Assembly (NCBI RefSeq): GCF_964204645.1
Contig: NC_134028.1
Location: 20,335,245-20,399,244 of the forward strand
Direction of reading: 5' to 3'
DNA from: Tubulanus polymorphus
Lineage: Eukaryota > Animalia > Nemertea
DNA: 64,000 nt
In this document: piece by piece, positions 1-11,776 of the stretch
Numbering within the stretch: the first letter of the stretch is position 1
Layout: the number at the start of each line of letters is the position of its first letter
Notes under the pieces: model-generated
The model's database searches: none
What the model was told of the DNA's origin: nothing
The model's input: only the letters and a program-made list of their open reading frames with translations
Program-made: the position numbers and the translations under genes

Positions 1-659
1 GTAATTGTAAGTTACGAATTTCTAGATATACTATAGCTTAATTTTTCTCTGCTTGAATTCAATTAATTATTTATAATTTCTATTTTTCCATATTTATAGC
101 AAACCGGCATTATACGACATTATACGGCGTTATACGTCATAAGCTTCGATATTGTTTGTTGCCTTGAATAAAGACGCCCAGTTTGGATGTAGCTATGTGG
201 TCGTTCGTGTAGATTTTTTCAAGGATTCGTTTCGCTGCTTGCTTGGAACAAACATGAGGATGTGGAAATGCCGGGCTTATTACTTTTATCAATATGATTC
301 TAATTCTAGTTTTAATTTTTTGTTGTCATTGCGTATTAACATTATGTATATTCGAATATACTAATATGTATAACTATTTCAGATTTCAGGGGCAAAACGA
401 GAGAGCAGAAAGAGTCGGAGGAGCCCGAGGGCACAGAGAAAGGAGAGGGGGTCAGGGAGAGAATGGGCCCGGATTGGAAGAGGAGCCCGAGGGCACAGAT
501 AAAGGAGGGGGAGAAGGGGGATGGAAGAGAATGGGCCAAGATTGGAAGGGGAGCACGAGGGAGTGGAGGAGACGGTATATTATCGATGGTGTTTGATCTT
601 AAAATAGGGATTGTCCCCATTATTTATTTATTTGGCTGGTAAATTTTGTTTGATTTTTC

Positions 660-810
660 GATTGAGTGTCCCTTACAGACCCACCACTCCTGCCGGGAGC
701 GAAACAGGGGGTTTGATTTTGAAATCGGAAATCGAAGTACAGATATAGATGTGTGATCGGCGGTCGAGTTAACAGAATATTTTTAAATCGAAGTACATAA
801 TTGGAAATTC
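660..810 (+). repeat. Dispersed repeat, second copy at ~28135-28260
   Basis: cccttacaNacccaNcacNcctgccgggagc...gggtttgattttgaaatcggaa...atcgaagtacatNattggaaa is shared by both sites. Confidence 0.65.
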
Positions 811-1879
811 GGTTCCGGTTCATCCAAACAATCTTCCATTCAGTCTGAACCGGCAAGCGACTGATTGGGATGACTTTTTCTGGCTGCCTAATTTAATACA
901 ATGAGATTCTGGAAATAGCTAAGGTTGAAGATCATTTTGTCCATTTTTTTATTTTTTTGCTCGTTTTCTACGTGTAAATAGTCCGATAGTTTATTGTGTT
1001 TTTTTCTCGGGTTTGATGTAGAAGTCCTCTAAGTTGATGATCCCGCGTGTTGACTAGATAGGAAGAAAGCACATTTCGAAACGCAAATTTTCCAGATGAG
1101 AGTATGGCCCTGGATTATCCGAAGTGTAGTTGTGTGACATCGACGATGCAGCTCCGATGAGGATGGGTTCTCCGTCAAGGGGTGCGCAGTTGGTACTCCA
1201 CATCTGGTGCTGAATTTGCCTAAAAGTAAAAGTTTTACACTGGGAACAGTTATGTGTTTCTAATATACAGTGCATAGTTAGGTCCGTGAATGTATCGCAA
1301 TCAAACTGAGAGTGCTATGCGCATTGATAGACCGTCAGTAAGAAAGCGGCACAAACACGAGGATATTTAATACATGTTTGTACACTTACATATATACAGT
1401 CTTGAGCGGGTTTTATTTACATTGTCACGATTATGTTTTTGGTAGTTTTTAATGAGACTGATGTCAAGAGGCAACTTTCCAGTCACCATTGCGCGTAGAT
1501 AGACTGAGCTTGCTATCCTAAGGTCACAAACGGAGGCAGCGTGGGGTGTTAGCAGTGTATCAAAGCGAGCGGGAAGCAAAAATTCATTCAACCAAGAGGA
1601 AAATCCCGCTTGCATGACATTCATCACCACGAACGAACCGAAGCCTCGAGCAAGGTTCGCTGGCAGCAAAGGATGCTTCTCTATGGTTATAGAGAGCAAG
1701 GAGGGGAGGTAAATATGAATTCTGATTACTTTGAAATTGAGTGTAGGTGGTTGAATGTTGAAATATGTACTTGTTGACTTGTGGTTTCGCATCTATAGAG
1801 CAGGCACGGGGTTATTATTGAGTAAAGAAGTAACTGTCAAATAGTGTGCGGGCGGGGGCTCGGGAGCTCGCCACCACAA

Positions 1880-3360
1880 CAGCGGGTTCAAAATGAGAAC
1901 ATCCGCCTCAATCCGGATTCAGCCATCCCTCAAGTGCGAGAAAGTATTTCGACATTCATGTTCCTCGTGCCGGGGCGCGCGTGCGACAACCATGGGGAGC
2001 CGGTGCCCGAAGTGCGGGTGGGAGCTCGCCTCCAAGGCGTATATGACTGAGAAAAGAACATTTCCCGAGATGTCAAGGGGAAATGTTATGAAGACATTCA
2101 TTCAAAGCCTCTTCGAAACGGCTGAAGACATTTTGAATGTGTACAAAAATCCCCAACCTTTGATCATGAGCGATGAAGATAAAACGCATTTTAGACAAAA
2201 TTTCTGATAGCGACATCAGCATGCGCATAATATCCGGGAGCAATTCGGTATTTCCAGCATGGGCGAATACCGTGATATCTATTTGCGTACGGATGCGATT
2301 TTATTAGGCAATATTTTTGAACACTTAAGAACCTTCGCCCACGTAAGTTATAAACGAGACCCCGTCCACTACTATACTCTCCCCGGCTATTCGTGGGACG
2401 CGTGTCAAAAATTGACCAAGGTCGAACTCAAATTGTTCACAGATATTAACATGTATCTATTTATCGAGCTGGGCATAATAGGCGGGATATCCGTCGTAAT
2501 CCATCGGTATTTCGAGGCTAACAACAAGAATTTCGCCGATAATGACCCTTCAATAGAATCCTCCTATATCATGTATTTGGATGCAAACAATTTTTACGGT
2601 TAGGCAATGTCACAGGTTCTGTGAGCGAATGTAGGTGGTTGGAACCACAAGTCGCCCCTCTTTGGCGCACTATCCCTAGTATTATTGATTTACCCGATGA
2701 CGTCCAATTTGGTATGATCCTCAAGTTTGACCTTGAATACGGTGCTGAGCTTCATTACTTACATAATGACTTTCCCTTTGCCCCGGAACCCATGCCGGTG
2801 AGTAAGGATATGCTCTCCTCACTGTGTCAAAAAGATTTATTTCCATCTCTAAATTTAAGCGAAACCAAGATAAACAATCTTATCCCCAATCTTGGCAATA
2901 AGAAAAACTACATCATTCATTATAGGAATCTTAAACTTTATCTGAAACTTTTATGAAATTGACAAAAATTAACCGGGTTTTGTATTTTACTCAGTCTGCA
3001 TGGATGGCTCTATACATTCGTTAGAAAACCAATTATCGAACTGGCGAAAACCAATTTTGAGAGGGATCTATATAAACTTTTGAATAATGCCAGTTTCGGT
3101 AAGACTATGGAAAATATTCGCCATAGGCTAAATTATCAAACTATAAACGACCCCAATAAATTGAGCAAAGCTTTAGCGAGGCCATCTACGATTTCGTGGA
3201 ATGTGAACAACGACAAAAAGGTTTTAGCCGAATTCAAGTATGAAACCAATTCTTTCCCATTGGTCATTTCTCGTTTTCGAACAACAAAAAACGGGTTTAA
3301 GGCAAATTTAAGGATGAAACCAATTCTTTCCCCATCAAAGTGTTCTGTGGTTTGTGGAGT
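1880..3360 (+). pseudogene. Heavily deleted and frameshifted relic of a second, more divergent Polinton pPolB (lineage B)
   Basis: Fragments RGNVMKTFIQSLFETAEDILNVYKNPQPL, YLRTDAILL, GGISVVIHRYFEANN, YLDANNFYG*, NNASFGKTMENIR and KFKDETNSF align in order to the 8459-11776 protein with many substitutions, stops and gaps. CxxC remnants near 1930-2020. Confidence 0.85.
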
Positions 3361-3361
3361 G

Positions 3362-3960
3362 TGATGCAATCAGTCTGCAAGGTGAAATGGTTATGACTGA
3401 TTGTAAAGGGGTTTGATACAATCTGTCTGCAAGGTGAAATGCTTATGACTGATTGTAAAGGGGTTTGATACAATCAGTCTGCAAGTTTAAATGGTTATGA
3501 CTGATTGTAAAGGGGTTTGATACAATCAGTCTGCAAGGTGAAATGGATATAACCGATTAAAAAGGGGCTTGATACAGTCAGTGTGCAAGGAGAAATGGAT
3601 ATGACTGATTGTGAAGGGGTTTGATACAATCAGTCTGCAAGGTGAAATGGATGACTGATTGTAAAGGGGTTTGATAAAATCAGTCTGCAAGGTGAAATTG
3701 ATGACTGATTGGTAAGGGGCTTGATACAATCAGTCCACAAGGGGAAGTGGCCATGACTGACTGTAAAAGGGGTCGATGCAATCAGTCTACAAGGTTAGAT
3801 GGTTATGACTGATTGTAAAGGGGTTTGATACAATCAGTCTGTAAGGTGAAATGGATGACTCGTTGTAAAGGTGGTTGATATTATCAGTCTGCAAGGTGAA
3901 ATGGCTATGACTGATTGTAAAGGGGTTTGATACAATTATTCTGCAAGTTGAAATGGTAAT
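3362..3960. repeat. 52-bp hairpin tandem array 1 (~11-12 units)
   Basis: Unit aatcagtctgcaaggtgaaatggttatgactgattgtaaaggggtttgatac. Each unit carries the inverted repeat tacaatcagtc/gactgattgta. Confidence 0.95.
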
Positions 3961-3993
3961 TTGGATGAAGGATTTTATGAGTTGGCAAATGAG

Positions 3994-6900
3994 ATGTATT
4001 TATCGCAGAAACAAGTTACTGAAAGACTGTGCTTATGACCAGTCGCCCTACCCAAGCGGTATGGGTGCACAATGTGCGTGCTGGTGTTCGCACACGTCAG
4101 CTCGAGATCCCGGCACATTAATCGTGTGCACAGAAAAAGTAATCCGCTTTGTGTCAAATGCGGAGAGGGGTTTAGCACGACGGCCTACCGGGATAGGCAT
4201 CAATCACGTTGTGCGAGAACTCTCCCAATCCCAGCGACCGGTCCTTGAACCAACAGTAACTAGACCACCACCAACACCGCCAGCAGCAGTAGGAGCACAG
4301 CCGCCACCACCAGCAGCAGTAGGAGCACCACCGCCACCACCACCACCACCAGCAGCAGTAGGGACACCGCTGCCTCCAAAACCAGCAGCGGAATGGGAAT
4401 GGGAAGAATTGCCGGACCTTGATGAGGAAACTCTTGCCCTCATCGGGATCCGGCAAGGTGGCGCCTTAGAGGGGTATATGCGAAAATACGAGTTCCCATG
4501 CACTGAGAACAACAAGTTTGATCTGATTTAATTCTATAACGATATCAAACCGCATCTCATCCGACTGCTTAAAGATGATTTAGGTAGATTGGGTCGGATA
4601 AAATGGTTTATCAGCATTCATATAATTTTAGAAAAAGATATCGATGATGTCCATCAACAAAGGACTGTATATTTTACTAGCCATACTGCTTTCAATGGTG
4701 AACAATTTGACGAGCTCTTGGATCAGGCTAAGGATAAAATGATCCAATTATTGGAACAATACAATACTGAGGGTACTGGTTGGATGTTTGATTATGTCGA
4801 AGTCTTCGATCTACATGTCGCCATATATGAACCATTAGGTGGAGGTTCGTATATACCCTCTCCTCGTGTAATCGTTTCACGAGGAAGGGTTATAAATATC
4901 CAAAATTTTGAGGATAAAATATGTGCTTCCTTTGGTCTGTTCTTGCCCACCTCCACCGAATGGACACGAACCCCCAACGAGTATCCAAGTATTTTCGGCA
5001 CAGGAACGAATTGAATATGAACCATATCAATTATCCAGTAACCGTAGAACAAATACCCATATTCGCACGGCAAAACGATATATCAGTTAACGTATTTGCC
5101 TATGAAGATGGGAATATGTTTGTTCGTCGTGTGTGTGATAATCCAAGAGCAATTCATGTAAATCTATTGGTATTAGTTTATGATGATAACATGCATTATT
5201 GCTTAATCAACGATCTCAGTAAATTTCTATTTCATTTAAACAAGAGAAGACCAAAATGTTTTTGGTGTTATAAATGTTATGCATTCTTTTGTCTCGCAAG
5301 AGAATCTTGACGTTCATACTCGGTACTGTATTCAAGGAATACAAAAGATAATCATGCCACCGACAGATGAGAATGTCTTGAAATTTGTTAATGTCACAAA
5401 ACAGCACAAACTGCCATATGTGATATATGCTGACTTCGAAATGTTTTAGAATCGATTGAAGGGTGTAAATTGACATCCCTCCTCGAAAAAGCAGAGGAAA
5501 TATTAAAGGAATACAAAAATCCTCAACCTTTGGTTATCAACGACGTCGATGAAACACACTTCAAATCAACTGATATTTGTCATATATGTAAGGAAACCAT
5601 AAATGGTAAGAAATGTCGGGATCACGATCATATAACCGGCAAATACAGAGGCCCAGCTTGTAATTCATGTAATCTAAGTTATAGGGTTCCTAATTTCATA
5701 CCTGTGATTTCATAACTTGAAAAGTTATATGACAGTCATGAAATTATTATATCATTGGGCTTGGTTGAATTTAGGGGGTATAAAATTTCAGTGATCCCGA
5801 CGAACACTGAAAAGTTTATCGGATTTACACTTGGTCCCATGTTTGGTCGCAGTTTAACATGGCAAACATGGGCGAGTATCACGATCTCTATCTTAGAACC
5901 GACGTTTTGCTACTTTCAGATATTTTCGAGGAATTCCGCAAGTTCGTTCACAAGAGCTAAGGATTAGATCCTTGTCATCATTATAATCTACCCGAAATTA
6001 ACGAAGATTAATCGTGTTCTCCGTTTTCGACAATCAGCCTGGATGTCACCGTACATTGCTTAAAATACCGAATTCCGAAAAAATGCGAAATCTAGTTTTG
6101 AAATGGATATGTACAAATTACTGAATAATGCAAGTTTTTGGCAAAACAATGGAGAACATTAGGAATCGAATCGACTACAAAATACTAAACGAACCCGGGA
6201 AATTGAGAAAAGTTATAGCGAAGCATCTGCTATTTCGTGGAACATTATAATTTCGGAAAATGTTGTGGGGGTAAAAAATGACAGATTTCGATCAAGTTTG
6301 ATAAGCCCGTGTATCTTGGCTTTAAAGTAATTGAAATGTACGAATTTCATTACAATACCATCAAGGCAGGATACGGAGATAACGCTAAACTTCTTTTCAC
6401 AGATACGGATAGTTTAACGTACGCTATTCGTAGCGACGATTTGTACGCGGATATGGCGGGGATTTCCGACCAGTTCGACTTTTCAGCCTATCCCATTGGT
6501 CATCCTTTATTCTCGGACAAAAATAAGAAAGTACAAGGCAAATTTAAGGATCACACCAATTCGTTCCCCGTCAAAGTGTTCTGCGGTTTACGGAGTAAGA
6601 TGTATTCGATGACATATCTTTCTCCGTATAACAACGGAACACTTGTGGAAAAGAAAACTGCAAAAGTTGTTGCGTTGCGAAGTACGTCGTTAAGCAGTCC
6701 GTATCCCACGATAACTACGTTGATTGCTTACGTAACCAATCACGAATAATGGCTAACATGCGGTCTATCCGGAGCTACAATCATAAGTTGCATTCGGTGA
6801 ATTTGAATAAAGTCGGTTTATCACCATACGACGAGAAACGTTATATACTCGATGATGTTGTAAGCACATATGCTTATGGTCATCATAAAATGATAATTAA
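3994..6900 (+). pseudogene. Internally deleted ZnF-Pro-rich-pPolB copy A1
   Basis: Highly similar to 7955-11776, with frameshifts and three deletions (junctions near 5473, 5839, 5994). Polymerase motif A is lost. TDTDSL and the C-terminus are retained. Confidence 0.92.
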
Positions 6901-7159
6901 ATGATGATTAAGAGAACAACTTGTTATATATACTTAATATATATTTGCATATTTTTATTTATTCATATTTATAAACATTAGTTTATTTACATTTATTTAT
7001 ACCATTTAACTCGTAACCCCCTCTAAGCGCACCTTTTCTGGTTTTTCCTTTTCTACCTTTTGTCAATTACCTTATAATTTTTCAAAACTTAATAAAAAAC
7101 CTGTATTTGATTGTGAACATAATCGACTTTAGTTTTTGATATTTCATCATTTTTGATAT

Positions 7160-7256
7160 GTCATCCTTCGTTTTTGAACAACAACAAAAAGGTTTTAGGC
7201 AAATTCAAGGATGAAATCAGTTCTTTCCCCATCAAAGTGTTCTGTGGTTTGCGGAT
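7160..7256 (+). pseudogene. Short pPolB C-terminal fragment (NNKKVLGKFKDE..SFPIKVFCGLR) directly preceding a hairpin array
   Basis: Translates to the thumb-region motif of the intact pPolB. Equivalent fragments occur at ~3280-3360, 18372-18468, 22238-22341 and 22879-22982. Confidence 0.8.
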
Positions 7257-7271
7257 TTTGATCAGGATTTA

Positions 7272-7920
7272 ATACAATCAGTCTGAAAGGAGAAATAGTT
7301 ATGACTGATTGTAAAGGGGTTTGATACAATCAGTCTGCAAGGTGAAATGCTTATGACTGATTGTAAAGGGGTTTGATACAATCAGTCTGCAAAGGTGAAA
7401 TGCTTATGACTGATTGTAAAGGGGTTTGATACAATCAGTCTGCAAGGTGAAATGGTTATGACTGATTGTAAAGGGGTTTGATACAATCAGTCTGCAAGGA
7501 GAAATGGATATGACTGATTGTAAAGGGGCTTGATAAAATCAGTCTGCAAGTTTAAATGGTTATGACTGATTGTAAAGGGATTTGATACAATCAGTCTGCA
7601 AGGTGAAATGGATGACTGATTGTAAAGGGGCTTGATACAATCAGTCCACAAGGGGAAATGGCTATGCCTGATTGTAAAGGGGGTTGATACAATCAGTCTG
7701 CAAGGTTAGATGGTTATGACTGATTGTAAAGGGGTTTGATACAATCAGTCTGTAAGGTGGAATGGATGACTCGTTGTAAAGGGGTTTGATACAATCAGTC
7801 TGCAAGGTGAAATGGTTATAACTGATTGTAAAGGGGTTTGATAGAATCTCTGCAAGGTGAAATGGCTATGACTGATTGTAAAGGGGTTTGATACAATTAT
7901 TGTGTAAGTTGAAATGGTAA
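7272..7920. repeat. 52-bp hairpin tandem array 2 (~12-13 units)
   Basis: Same unit as array 1. Confidence 0.95.
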
Positions 7921-7954
7921 TTTGGATGAAGGATCTTATGAGTTGGCAAATGAG

Positions 7955-8458
7955 ATGTATTTATCGCAGAAACAAGTAACTGAAAGACTGTGCTTAGGCA
8001 CAGTCGCCCTACCCAAGCGGTATGGGTGCACAATGTGCGAGCTGGTGTTCGCAGACGCCAGCTCGAGATCCCGGCACATTAATCGTGTGCACAGAAAAAG
8101 TAATCTGCTTTGTGTCAAATGCGGAGAGGGGTTTAGCACGACGACCTACCGGGATAGGCATCAATCACGTTGTAACTGGACCACCACCACAGCAGTAGGG
8201 GCACCACCGCCACCACCACCAGCAGCAGTAGGGACACCGCTGCCTCCACAACCAGCAGCGGAATGGGAATGGGAAGAATTGCCGGACCTTGATGAGGAAA
8301 CTCTTGCCCTCATCGGGATCCGGTAAGGTGGCGCCTTAGAGGGGTATATACGAAAATACGAGTTCCCATGCACTGAGAACAACAAGTTTGATCTAATTTA
8401 ATTCTATAACGATATCAAACCGCATCTCATCCGACTGCTTAAAGATGATTTAGGTAGA
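7955..8458 (+). pseudogene. N-terminal extension of pPolB: C2H2 + C2HC zinc fingers and proline-rich linker, in frame with pPolB but cut by two TAA stops
   Basis: ATG at 7955. CTMC-x12-HINRVH and CVKC-x12-HQSRC, then poly-Pro. Same frame as 8459. Stops at 8324-8326 (CAA in copies A1/A3) and 8399-8401. Confidence 0.8.
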
Positions 8459-11400
8459 TTGGGTCGGATAAAATGGTTTATCAGCATTCATATAATTTTA
8501 GAAAATGATATCGATGATGTCCATCAACAAAGGACTGTATATTTTACTAGCCATACTCGAAGTGCTTTCAATGGTGAACAATTTGACGAGCTCTTGGATC
8601 AGGCTAAGAATAAAATGATCCAATTATTGGAACAATACAATACTGAGGGTACTGGTTGGATGTTTGATTATGTCGAAGTTTTCGATCTACATGTCGGCAT
8701 ATATGAACCATTAGGTGGAGGTTCGTATATACCCTCTCCTCGTGTAATCGTTTCACGAGGAGGGGTTATAAATATCCAAAATTTCGACAATATGTGCTTT
8801 CTTTGGTCTATACTCGCCCACCTCCACCGAATGGACACGAACCCCCAACGAGTATCTAAGTATTTACGGTACAGAGACGAATTGAATATGAACAATATCA
8901 ATTATCCAGTAACCGTAGAACAAATACCCATTTTCGAACAGCAAAACGATATATCAGTTAACGTATTTGCCTATGAGGATGGAAATATTTTTGTTCGTCG
9001 TTTGAGTGATAATCCACGCGCAAATCATGTTAATTTATTATTACTAGTTGATAACGATAACGCCCATTATTGTTTGATAAATGACCTTAGTAAATTCCTT
9101 TTCCATTTAAACAAAAAGAAAGCCAAATGTTTTTGGTGTTTTAAGTGCATGCACTCTTTTTTATCGCAAGAAAATATTGATGTTCATACTCGGTACTGTA
9201 TTCAAGGAATACAAAAGACAATCATGCCACCGACAGATGAGAATGTCTTGAAATTTGTTAATGTCACAAAACAGCACAAACTGCCATATGTGATATATGC
9301 TGACTTCGAAATGTTTTTAGAACCGATTGAGGGGTGTAAATTGAACCAGAATCAATCTTGGACATATCGTTATCAGGTTCATGAACCGTGTGGATTTTGT
9401 TTTAAAGTCGTTGGCCCTGACACCAGACATTCCCATCCGACAGTCCTTTATAGAGGAGACGATGTTATGAAGAAATTCTTAACATCCCTCCTCGAAAAAG
9501 CAGAGGAAATATTACAGGAATACAAAAATCCTCAACCTTTGGTTATGAACGACGTCGATGAAACACACTTCAAATCAACTGATATTTGTCATATATGTAA
9601 GGAAACCATAAATGGTAAGAAATGTCGGGATCACGATCATATAACCGGCAAATACAGAGGCCCAGCTTGTAATTCATGTAATCTGAGTTATAGGGTTCCT
9701 AATTTCATACCTGTGATATTTCATAACTTGAAAAGTTATGACAGTCATGAAATTATTAGATCATTGGGCTTGGTTGAATTTAGGGGGTATAGAATTTCAG
9801 TGATCCCGACGAACACTGAAAAGTTTATCGGATTTACACTTGGTCCCCTACGCTTCATCGACTCGTTGGCATTTCTCAATACCTCTGTCAGTACTCTTAC
9901 GGAAAATTTGGTCAATTCGGGTAGAGAGAAATTCATTCATTTAAACTCGGAGTTCCCCGCCAATAAACTTGATCTTTTATTACGTAAAGGTGTTTACCCA
10001 TACGACTACATGACAGGTTCGGAGAAATTTAATGAGACAAGTCTCCCTCCTAAGGAGGCATTTACCAACACCCTGACGAACACTGAAATTTCGGTAGATG
10101 ACTACAAACATGCACAGAATATTTGGTCGCAGTTTAACATGGCAAACATGGGCGAGTATCACGATCTCTATCTTAGAACCGACGTATTGCTACTTTCAGA
10201 TATTTTCGAGGAATTCCGCAAGTTCGCTCATAAGAGCTACGGATTAGATCCTTGTCATTACTACACTCTACCCGGCTACTCATGGGATGCCTGCTTGAAA
10301 CTGACAAAAGTCGAACTTCAATTGTTCACTGAAGTCGATATGTATTTGTTCATAGAACAGGGGATACGCGGCGGAATATCTGTTATTACCCATCGATATT
10401 TCGAGGCTAATAACAAGTATTTCGCCGATTACGACGAGGCCAAGGAGTCATCTTATATCATGTATTTAGATGCTAATAATCTGTATGGGTGGGCAATGTC
10501 TCAGGCATTGCCTGTTGGTGAATTTAGGTGGTTAGAAACAGAAAACGATCCCCTTTGGCCCGACGCTCAGGATATTTTAACGATGACGGACGACGCCCAT
10601 TTCGGCATGATACTCGAAGTGGACCTTGAATACGGTGCCGAGTTACACGATCTACATAACGATTTACCGTTAGCTCCGGAGCGCATGTTAGTCAACGAAG
10701 ATTTAATGTTATCTCCGTATCAAAAGCTTCTATTTCAGACTTTGAAACTATCGTCCAGCAAGATACACAAGCTTATCCCTAATCTTTACAATAAAACTCG
10801 GTATATTGTTCATTATAGGAATTTGAGGCTTTACATGAAACTTGGTATGAAATTAACAAAGATTCATCGTGTTCTCCATTTTCGACAATCAGCCTGGATG
10901 TCACCGTACATTGCTTTGAATACCGAATTCCGAAAAAATGCGAAATCCAATTTTGAGAAAGATATGTACAAATTACTGAATAATGCAAGTTTTGGCAAGA
11001 CAATGGAGAACATTAGGAATCGAATCAACTACCAAATTATTAACGAACCGGGGAAATTGAGAAAAGCTCTAGCGAAGCCATCTACGATTTCATGGAACAT
11101 TATTTCGGAGAATGTTGTGGGGGTAAAAAAACAGCAGATTTCGATCAAGTTGGATAAGCCTGTGTATCTTGGCTTTTCAATTTTAGACATAAGCAAAACG
11201 TTAATGTATGATTTTCATTATAACACCATCAAGACAGGATACGGGGATAACGCTAAACTTCTTTTTACAGATACGGATAGTTTAACGTACGCTATTCGCA
11301 GCAACGATTTGTACACGGATATGGCGGGGATTTCCCACCAGTTCGACTTTTCAGCCTATCCCACCGGCCATCCTTTATTCTCGGACAAAAATAAGAAAGT

Positions 11401-11776
11401 ACTAGGCAAATTTAAGGATGAGACCAATTCTTTTCCCGTTAAAGTGTTCTGCGGTTTACGGAGTAAGATGTATTCAATGACATATCTTTCTCCGGATAAC
11501 AACGGAACACTTGTGGAAAAGAAAACTGCAAAAGGTGTTGCGAAGTACGTCGTTAAGCAGTCCGTATCCCATAATAACTACGTTGATTGCTTGCGTAATC
11601 AATCACGTATGATGGCTAACATGCGGTCTATCCGGAGCTTCAATCATAAGTTACATTCAGTTAATTTAAACAAAGTCGGATTATCACCATACGACGACAA
11701 ACGTTATATACTAGATGATGGTGTAAGCACATATGCTTATGGTCATCATAAAATTCCGGAGATAAATCATCATTAA
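8459..11776 (+). CDS. pPolB: Protein-primed family B DNA polymerase of Polinton/adintovirus type (terminal-protein-like region, vOTU protease, endonuclease VII insert, 3'-5' exonuclease, polymerase)
   Basis: 1105-codon open frame with vOTU DNMCFLWS...HYCLI, ExoI YADFE, EndoVII CHIC..RDHDHITGKYRGPACNSCN, ExoII FHNLKSYD, ExoIII YLRTDV, PolA YLDANNLYG, PolB KLLNNASFGK, PolC TDTDSL and C-terminal DDKR..YAYGH. The frame opens at TTG, so the true start was probably upstream. Confidence 0.95.
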   Translation: MGRIKWFISIHIILENDIDDVHQQRTVYFTSHTRSAFNGEQFDELLDQAKNKMIQLLEQYNTEGTGWMFDYVEVFDLHVGIYEPLGGGSYIPSPRVIVSRGGVINIQNFDNMCFLWSILAHLHRMDTNPQRVSKYLRYRDELNMNNINYPVTVEQIPIFEQQNDISVNVFAYEDGNIFVRRLSDNPRANHVNLLLLVDNDNAHYCLINDLSKFLFHLNKKKAKCFWCFKCMHSFLSQENIDVHTRYCIQGIQKTIMPPTDENVLKFVNVTKQHKLPYVIYADFEMFLEPIEGCKLNQNQSWTYRYQVHEPCGFCFKVVGPDTRHSHPTVLYRGDDVMKKFLTSLLEKAEEILQEYKNPQPLVMNDVDETHFKSTDICHICKETINGKKCRDHDHITGKYRGPACNSCNLSYRVPNFIPVIFHNLKSYDSHEIIRSLGLVEFRGYRISVIPTNTEKFIGFTLGPLRFIDSLAFLNTSVSTLTENLVNSGREKFIHLNSEFPANKLDLLLRKGVYPYDYMTGSEKFNETSLPPKEAFTNTLTNTEISVDDYKHAQNIWSQFNMANMGEYHDLYLRTDVLLLSDIFEEFRKFAHKSYGLDPCHYYTLPGYSWDACLKLTKVELQLFTEVDMYLFIEQGIRGGISVITHRYFEANNKYFADYDEAKESSYIMYLDANNLYGWAMSQALPVGEFRWLETENDPLWPDAQDILTMTDDAHFGMILEVDLEYGAELHDLHNDLPLAPERMLVNEDLMLSPYQKLLFQTLKLSSSKIHKLIPNLYNKTRYIVHYRNLRLYMKLGMKLTKIHRVLHFRQSAWMSPYIALNTEFRKNAKSNFEKDMYKLLNNASFGKTMENIRNRINYQIINEPGKLRKALAKPSTISWNIISENVVGVKKQQISIKLDKPVYLGFSILDISKTLMYDFHYNTIKTGYGDNAKLLFTDTDSLTYAIRSNDLYTDMAGISHQFDFSAYPTGHPLFSDKNKKVLGKFKDETNSFPVKVFCGLRSKMYSMTYLSPDNNGTLVEKKTAKGVAKYVVKQSVSHNNYVDCLRNQSRMMANMRSIRSFNHKLHSVNLNKVGLSPYDDKRYILDDGVSTYAYGHHKIPEINHH

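Noticed and set aside
294-1792. Short ORFs and exon-like segments at the window start
   Set aside because: No recognisable domain. Splice-acceptor-like sites exist (~389 on +, ~1681 on -) but no gene model can be supported.
3526-3729. ORFs inside the 52-bp arrays (also 14738-14941 and 22349-23628)
   Set aside because: They are artefacts of a non-triplet tandem repeat.
3362-3960. CRISPR array interpretation of the palindromic repeats
   Set aside because: The segments between stems are variants of one sequence, not unique spacers. There are no cas genes and the context is eukaryotic.
4172-4515. Trp/Cys-rich and Gly-rich minus-strand ORFs (also 15384-15727)
   Set aside because: They are antisense shadows of the (CCA/GCA)n proline linker.
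8323-8457. Intron (GTAAGG...GTAG) that would remove both stops and fuse the ZnF to pPolB in frame
   Set aside because: The acceptor is weak and an out-of-frame AG precedes it. Sister copies have GCAAGG at the donor. The skipped segment reads like genuine pPolB N-terminal coding sequence. RNA-seq could revive this idea.
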